Source of the DNA: an uncultured bacterium | GTDB taxonomy: Bacteria; Hydrothermota; UBA3073; NMUJ01 | Length of the DNA: 10,516 nucleotides | Assembly: GCA_965612795.1 (NCBI GenBank) | Contig: CBFDTI010000044.1 | Coordinates: 1 to 10,516, forward strand | Reading direction: 5' to 3' | Shown here: positions 6,749 to 10,516 of the stretch, piece after piece | Layout of the letters: each line of letters begins with the position of its first letter | Numbering within the stretch: position 1 is the first letter of the stretch | Translations under genes and position numbers: made by a program | The notes under the pieces: generated by a model | The model's database searches: none | Seen by the model: only the letters and a program-made list of their open reading frames with translations | Told to the model about the DNA's origin: nothing

Positions 6749-7782
6749 TGGAAGTTGCAAGCTTATTGCTACGTAGTTTGGAAGATGGATTAACGGTTAC
6801 TCTGTTCGTGTTTGCGATGATGGTGCTGGTGGATTACCTCAACGTGTTAACCCAAGGTAGGTTGACAAGGTTTATGACACGTAACCGGTCACATCAATAT
6901 GTGATCGCATCACTATTGGCAGCTACACCGGGGTGTTTGGGTACGTTTATGGATGTCACCTTCTATGTGCATGGGTTGATAACGTTTGGTGCAATCGCTG
7001 GCAGTATGATAGCTACGTGTGGGGATGAAGCGTTTGTCATGCTGGCTATGTTCCCCGGTAAGGCGCTATTGTTGTTCGGTATATTGTTTGTGTTGGGAAT
7101 ACTGTCTGGGTGGCTTATCGATAAGTTAGCACCTATGTTGAGGTTGAAGCCATGTGAAACCTGTACACTATCTGTGGTGCATGAGGAAGAGTGTCGATGT
7201 TTCGACTTTATCGAGGTATTACATAACCTAAGGAGCACCTCTATAGTGCGTTGGATATTGGTTGCATTGTTGGTGGTATCACTTTATGCATTTAGTGTGG
7301 GCCTCATAGGGCCGGTAAGTTGGGGTTGGCAGAGGGGCTCATTCATTGTGTTGCTATCACTTATGTTGTTCATCACCTGTACGGTACCGGAGCACTATTT
7401 GAGGCACCATATTTTGCAACACATAATCAAGCGACACATATGGAGGGTATTCTTGTGGACGGTAGGTGCACTGGTTGTGGTCAATCTGGGGTTGGAGGCT
7501 TTCGAGCTCGAACCGTTCATAGCATCGCATATGGGGTGGGTGCTCGTTATATCAGCTATTGTAGGGGTGATACCGGAATCGGGGCCACATATCATATTTG
7601 TGATGATGTTTGCGAAAGGGTTGATACCATTTTCGGTGTTGGTAGCCAGTTCCATCGTACAGGATGGACATGGTATGTTACCACTACTATCGTATACGCC
7701 TAAGGATGCTATTTATATCAAATTGTTCAACTTGATTGTGGGGTTGGTGGTAGGTACAGCATTATATATGGTAGGCATGTAA
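6748..7782 (+). CDS. ArsP_2/Mnx-like putative heavy-metal (Mn/As) permease, about 10 TM helices
   Basis: Highly hydrophobic; internally duplicated re-entrant motifs LLAATPGCLG...IATCGDEAFVMLA and VGVIPESGPH...SSIVQDGHGMLPLL; Cys/His-rich central loop. ATG at 6748 overlaps the upstream TGA (alternative GTG at 6745). Confidence 0.8.
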   Translation: MEVASLLLRSLEDGLTVTLFVFAMMVLVDYLNVLTQGRLTRFMTRNRSHQYVIASLLAATPGCLGTFMDVTFYVHGLITFGAIAGSMIATCGDEAFVMLAMFPGKALLLFGILFVLGILSGWLIDKLAPMLRLKPCETCTLSVVHEEECRCFDFIEVLHNLRSTSIVRWILVALLVVSLYAFSVGLIGPVSWGWQRGSFIVLLSLMLFITCTVPEHYLRHHILQHIIKRHIWRVFLWTVGALVVVNLGLEAFELEPFIASHMGWVLVISAIVGVIPESGPHIIFVMMFAKGLIPFSVLVASSIVQDGHGMLPLLSYTPKDAIYIKLFNLIVGLVVGTALYMVGM

Positions 7783-8387
7783 TGAGTATCTTTCTGGTGC
7801 AGGCTGTGCTCATATCACTTACGGGGGTGATGGCACCCGGCCCCATAACGGCGGTAACAATAGCGAAGGGTAGCGAATCGAAGCATGCAGGTGCATGGAT
7901 AGCTATCGGTCATGGTGTGGTGGAGTTTCCGCTTATGGTGCTCATATTTTATGGGTTCACACAATGGTTGAAGTGCAAAGGCTTACAGATAGGGGTGGGG
8001 TTGGCTGGTGGTGTACTATTGTTGTTATTGGGGTTGAGTATGTTTCAAGCTGTGCGGATGGATGCCGTGCGTCACAGATATAAAGGGAGTGCAATTACTG
8101 CTGGCATAGTGTTGACGGGTGGTAACCCATACTTCTTTGTGTGGTGGGCGACAATCGGTAGTGGGTTGATGATACGTGCGATAACGTATGGGGTTGTATG
8201 TGTTGTGCTGTTCATGATCTTACACTGGATGACAGATCTATCGTGGTGTTATTTTCTATCCAATATAACATACGGTGGGAGGAGATTCTTTGGTGAAAGG
8301 TTTCAAAAAATAGTGTTTGCAATTTGTGGCATATTCCTATTATTTATGGGTGTGAAGTTTATATTAGATGCTATCAAGCTGTTGTGA
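7782..8387 (+). CDS. LysE/RhtB-family translocator
   Basis: 201 aa, about 6 TM; SLTGVMAPGPIT, GHGVVE, NPYFFVWWATIG motifs; TAATG stop/start overlap. Confidence 0.9.
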   Translation: MSIFLVQAVLISLTGVMAPGPITAVTIAKGSESKHAGAWIAIGHGVVEFPLMVLIFYGFTQWLKCKGLQIGVGLAGGVLLLLLGLSMFQAVRMDAVRHRYKGSAITAGIVLTGGNPYFFVWWATIGSGLMIRAITYGVVCVVLFMILHWMTDLSWCYFLSNITYGGRRFFGERFQKIVFAICGIFLLFMGVKFILDAIKLL

Positions 8388-8420
8388 TTGACAACTGTTG
8401 TTTTATTTTAACTTAACAAC
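8388..8420 (+). promoter_or_regulatory. Putative sigma70-type promoter for a leaderless fabD transcript
   Basis: The 33-bp intergenic gap is entirely TTGACA (8388-8393), AT-rich spacer, TAACTT (8409-8414), 6 nt, then ATG; no Shine-Dalgarno. Confidence 0.65.
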
Positions 8421-9344
8421 ATGCTGGCAGTGGTGTTTCCAGGGCAGGGTTCCCAGTACGTGGGTATGGCACGTTCGCTATACGATGAGTTTACTGAGGT
8501 ACGACCGCTGTTTGAGCAAGCAGCTGAGATATTGGGTGACGATTTTCTAAAGCTTATGTTTGAAGGCCCGGAGGAGTTGCTCAAGGAGTCGAAAAATACC
8601 CAACCCGCCATCCTTCTACACAGTATAGTGGGATATGAGTTACTTAAGAGAAGGGTGACAGATTTCTCACCTGCAATTGTGATGGGACACAGCCTGGGTG
8701 AATATTCCGCACTCGTGGCCGCGGATGTGATAGACTTTGTGACAGCACTCAAACTGGTACGTCGTAGGGGTGAACTGATGTCAATTGCGGGTGATAAACA
8801 TCCAGGTGGTATGGCGGCTGTTTTAGGTGTGACAGCTGATGTGGTTGAATCCAAAATACGTGAGTTACAGAGATATGGTACGATTGTGGTGGCAAACTAT
8901 AACTCACCCATGCAGACAGTTATATCAGGTGAACTGGGTATGATAGATAGGGCGATTGAGGAGTTCAAGAAGCTGGGTGTGAAAAAAGTTGTCAAACTAA
9001 AAGTGAGTGGCGCATTCCACTCACCGCTTATGGAGGAGGCGAGTAAGGAGTTTGCGAAACTATTGGATGAGGTGGAGTTCAACACCCCCAGGATACCGAT
9101 AATACCAAACGCAACGGGTAAGTTGACCCAGGATAAGGAGGAGCTCAAATCTGCACTCAAGCGCCAGATGCGTAGCCCAGTACTGTGGACACAATCAGTA
9201 CGTGAGGCGAAACGGTTCGGTATACGACGTGTTATTGAGGTAGGTCCCAAGAAGGTATTGTGTGGGTTGATTAACAAGATAGATGCGGAGATTGAGACGT
9301 CGAACCTTGATACTGCTGAGGATATGGTCAAATTTGTGAAATAG
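8421..9344 (+). CDS. fabD: Malonyl-CoA:ACP transacylase
   Basis: VFPGQGSQYVGM, TQPAI, catalytic GHSLGEY, RRRGELM, ANYNSPMQTVISG, VSGAFHS, EVGP motifs. Confidence 0.97.
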   Translation: MLAVVFPGQGSQYVGMARSLYDEFTEVRPLFEQAAEILGDDFLKLMFEGPEELLKESKNTQPAILLHSIVGYELLKRRVTDFSPAIVMGHSLGEYSALVAADVIDFVTALKLVRRRGELMSIAGDKHPGGMAAVLGVTADVVESKIRELQRYGTIVVANYNSPMQTVISGELGMIDRAIEEFKKLGVKKVVKLKVSGAFHSPLMEEASKEFAKLLDEVEFNTPRIPIIPNATGKLTQDKEELKSALKRQMRSPVLWTQSVREAKRFGIRRVIEVGPKKVLCGLINKIDAEIETSNLDTAEDMVKFVK

Positions 9345-9358
9345 AGATGGAGGTCAAC

Positions 9359-10069
9359 ATGCGATTCAAAGATAAGGTAGCTATTGTCACGGGTGGTGCA
9401 CGCGGTATAGGGCGTGCAATAGCGGAGAGGTTGGCTTCGGAGGGTGCGAAAGTTGCTATATGGGATGTGATAGAAGCCGAACCGGTAGCCAATGGAATAT
9501 TCCAGAAGGTGGATATCACAGATAGTGAAGCAGTAAATGATGCGGTGAGGGGGGTGGTAGATTCGTGGGGTAAGATCGATATACTTGTGAACAATGCGGG
9601 TATAACAAGGGATAAGTTATTGCTTCGTATGACGGAGGGTGATTGGGATGCGGTCATCAACGTTAACCTCAAAGGTACGTATATTGTAACACGTGCAGTG
9701 TTACCTGTGATGATAAAGAATCGATATGGTAGGATTGTTAACATAAGTTCAGTAATTGGTATCATGGGTAATGTGGGGCAGTCCAACTATGCAGCTTCGA
9801 AGGCTGGTATGATAGGGTTTACCAAGTCAGTAGCTAAGGAGGTGGCCAAACGTAACATCACGGTAAATGCTGTAGCACCTGGTTACGTGGAGACACCAAT
9901 GACAGAAGTGCTATCGGAGGAGATCAAAAAGGCGTACCTTGAGAAGATACCAATGGGTAGGCCGGCACAACCGGATGAGGTGGCTGCACTGGTGGCATTT
10001 CTTGCATCCGATGAGGCAGCTTACATTACGGGGCAGGTGATACAGATAGATGGCGGTATGTTGATGTGA
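9359..10069 (+). CDS. fabG: 3-oxoacyl-ACP reductase (classical SDR)
   Basis: TGGARGIG, LVNNAGITRD, NISSV, catalytic YAASK, VNAVAPG, YITGQVIQIDGGM. Start placed at ATG 9359 because GGAGG (9349-9353) lies 5 nt upstream; ORF track start is 9347. Confidence 0.95.
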   Translation: MRFKDKVAIVTGGARGIGRAIAERLASEGAKVAIWDVIEAEPVANGIFQKVDITDSEAVNDAVRGVVDSWGKIDILVNNAGITRDKLLLRMTEGDWDAVINVNLKGTYIVTRAVLPVMIKNRYGRIVNISSVIGIMGNVGQSNYAASKAGMIGFTKSVAKEVAKRNITVNAVAPGYVETPMTEVLSEEIKKAYLEKIPMGRPAQPDEVAALVAFLASDEAAYITGQVIQIDGGMLM

Positions 10070-10076
10070 GCTGAAG

Positions 10077-10516
10077 ATGGCGATCGAGATACATGCAACC
10101 CGTATGGAGTTGCTCAACCTACGGCGTAAGCTGGCGCTCGCTGAACGTGGGCATAAGCTGCTGAAAGATAAGGAGGAGGCGCTACGACGTGACCTGTTTA
10201 TCTTGATACGTGAGGTACAGAAGCTTAGGAAAAAAGTAGAGGAGTTCTTAGCGCAGGCGGTGAGATACTCGATGTTGGCACGTACCCGTATGGAGGACGA
10301 GGAGATAGATGCAGCGTTGCTGTTTACGGGACAGAGGACGGATATAACGTTGGGTTGGGAGCGTGTGTTGAATGTGCGGGTACCACACTTTGAGGTCAAA
10401 CGTGAAGGTGATCCGTTCGCATATGGGTTTGCGTATACGGTGCCTATGTTGGATCTTTTCCTTAAGGCGCTATCTGAGGTTATGGTTGAGATGGTGAAGT
10501 TGGCCGAACTTGAGAA
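10077..10516 (+). CDS. ntpD: V/A-type ATP synthase subunit D; 3' end truncated by window edge
   Basis: Hand translation (not in ORF track): MAIEIHATRMELLNLRRKLALAERGHKLLKDKEEAL...VLNVRVPHF...YGF...MVKLAELE; TRMEL...A.RGHKLLKDK is the subunit D signature. Begins 7 nt after the fabG stop. Confidence 0.93.
   Translation, partial: MAIEIHATRMELLNLRRKLALAERGHKLLKDKEEALRRDLFILIREVQKLRKKVEEFLAQAVRYSMLARTRMEDEEIDAALLFTGQRTDITLGWERVLNVRVPHFEVKREGDPFAYGFAYTVPMLDLFLKALSEVMVEMVKLAELE

Noticed and set aside
6748..7782. Selenocysteine recoding in the permease or readthrough at TGA-overlap junctions
   Set aside because: The candidate Cys codons are TGT, there is no in-frame TGA, and the junction TGAs are ordinary stops overlapping the next start in another frame.
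10099..10295. Direct repeat ACCCGTATGGAG occurring twice in the subunit D gene
   Set aside because: Both copies encode TRME in frame with favoured codons; two 12-bp copies do not make an array or element.
5890..10399. Minus-strand and alternate-frame ORFs over the plus-strand genes (e.g. 7320-7703, 8408-8854, 8897-9331, 9328-9786, 9911-10399)
   Set aside because: Typical antisense or frame shadows of the dehydrogenase, permease, fabD, fabG and subunit D genes.

Overview
Gene-dense prokaryotic (bacterial) core-type window with two divergent, tightly coupled gene trains separated by a 107-bp spacer (5601-5707). Minus strand: class III anaerobic ribonucleotide reductase nrdD (ATP-cone, no adjacent nrdG), a conserved-looking hypothetical protein, acpS, a single-domain GT9-like protein, a PorY-like membrane histidine kinase, and a PorX-like REC-PglZ response regulator/phosphodiesterase. 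The last gene is missing from the ORF track and runs off the left edge. Plus strand: saccharopine/lysine dehydrogenase-family enzyme, ArsP_2/Mnx-like 10-TM metal permease, LysE-family exporter, fabD, fabG and V/A-type ATPase subunit D (also missing from the ORF track, runs off the right edge). No RNA genes, CRISPR arrays or intact mobile elements were seen. The most notable points are a translationally coupled porY-porX pair at the end of an nrdD operon, an uncharacterised protein in the usual nrdG slot, and two near-identical putative leaderless promoters with TTGACA exactly 33 nt before ATG. All family calls come from motif recognition, not database searches.
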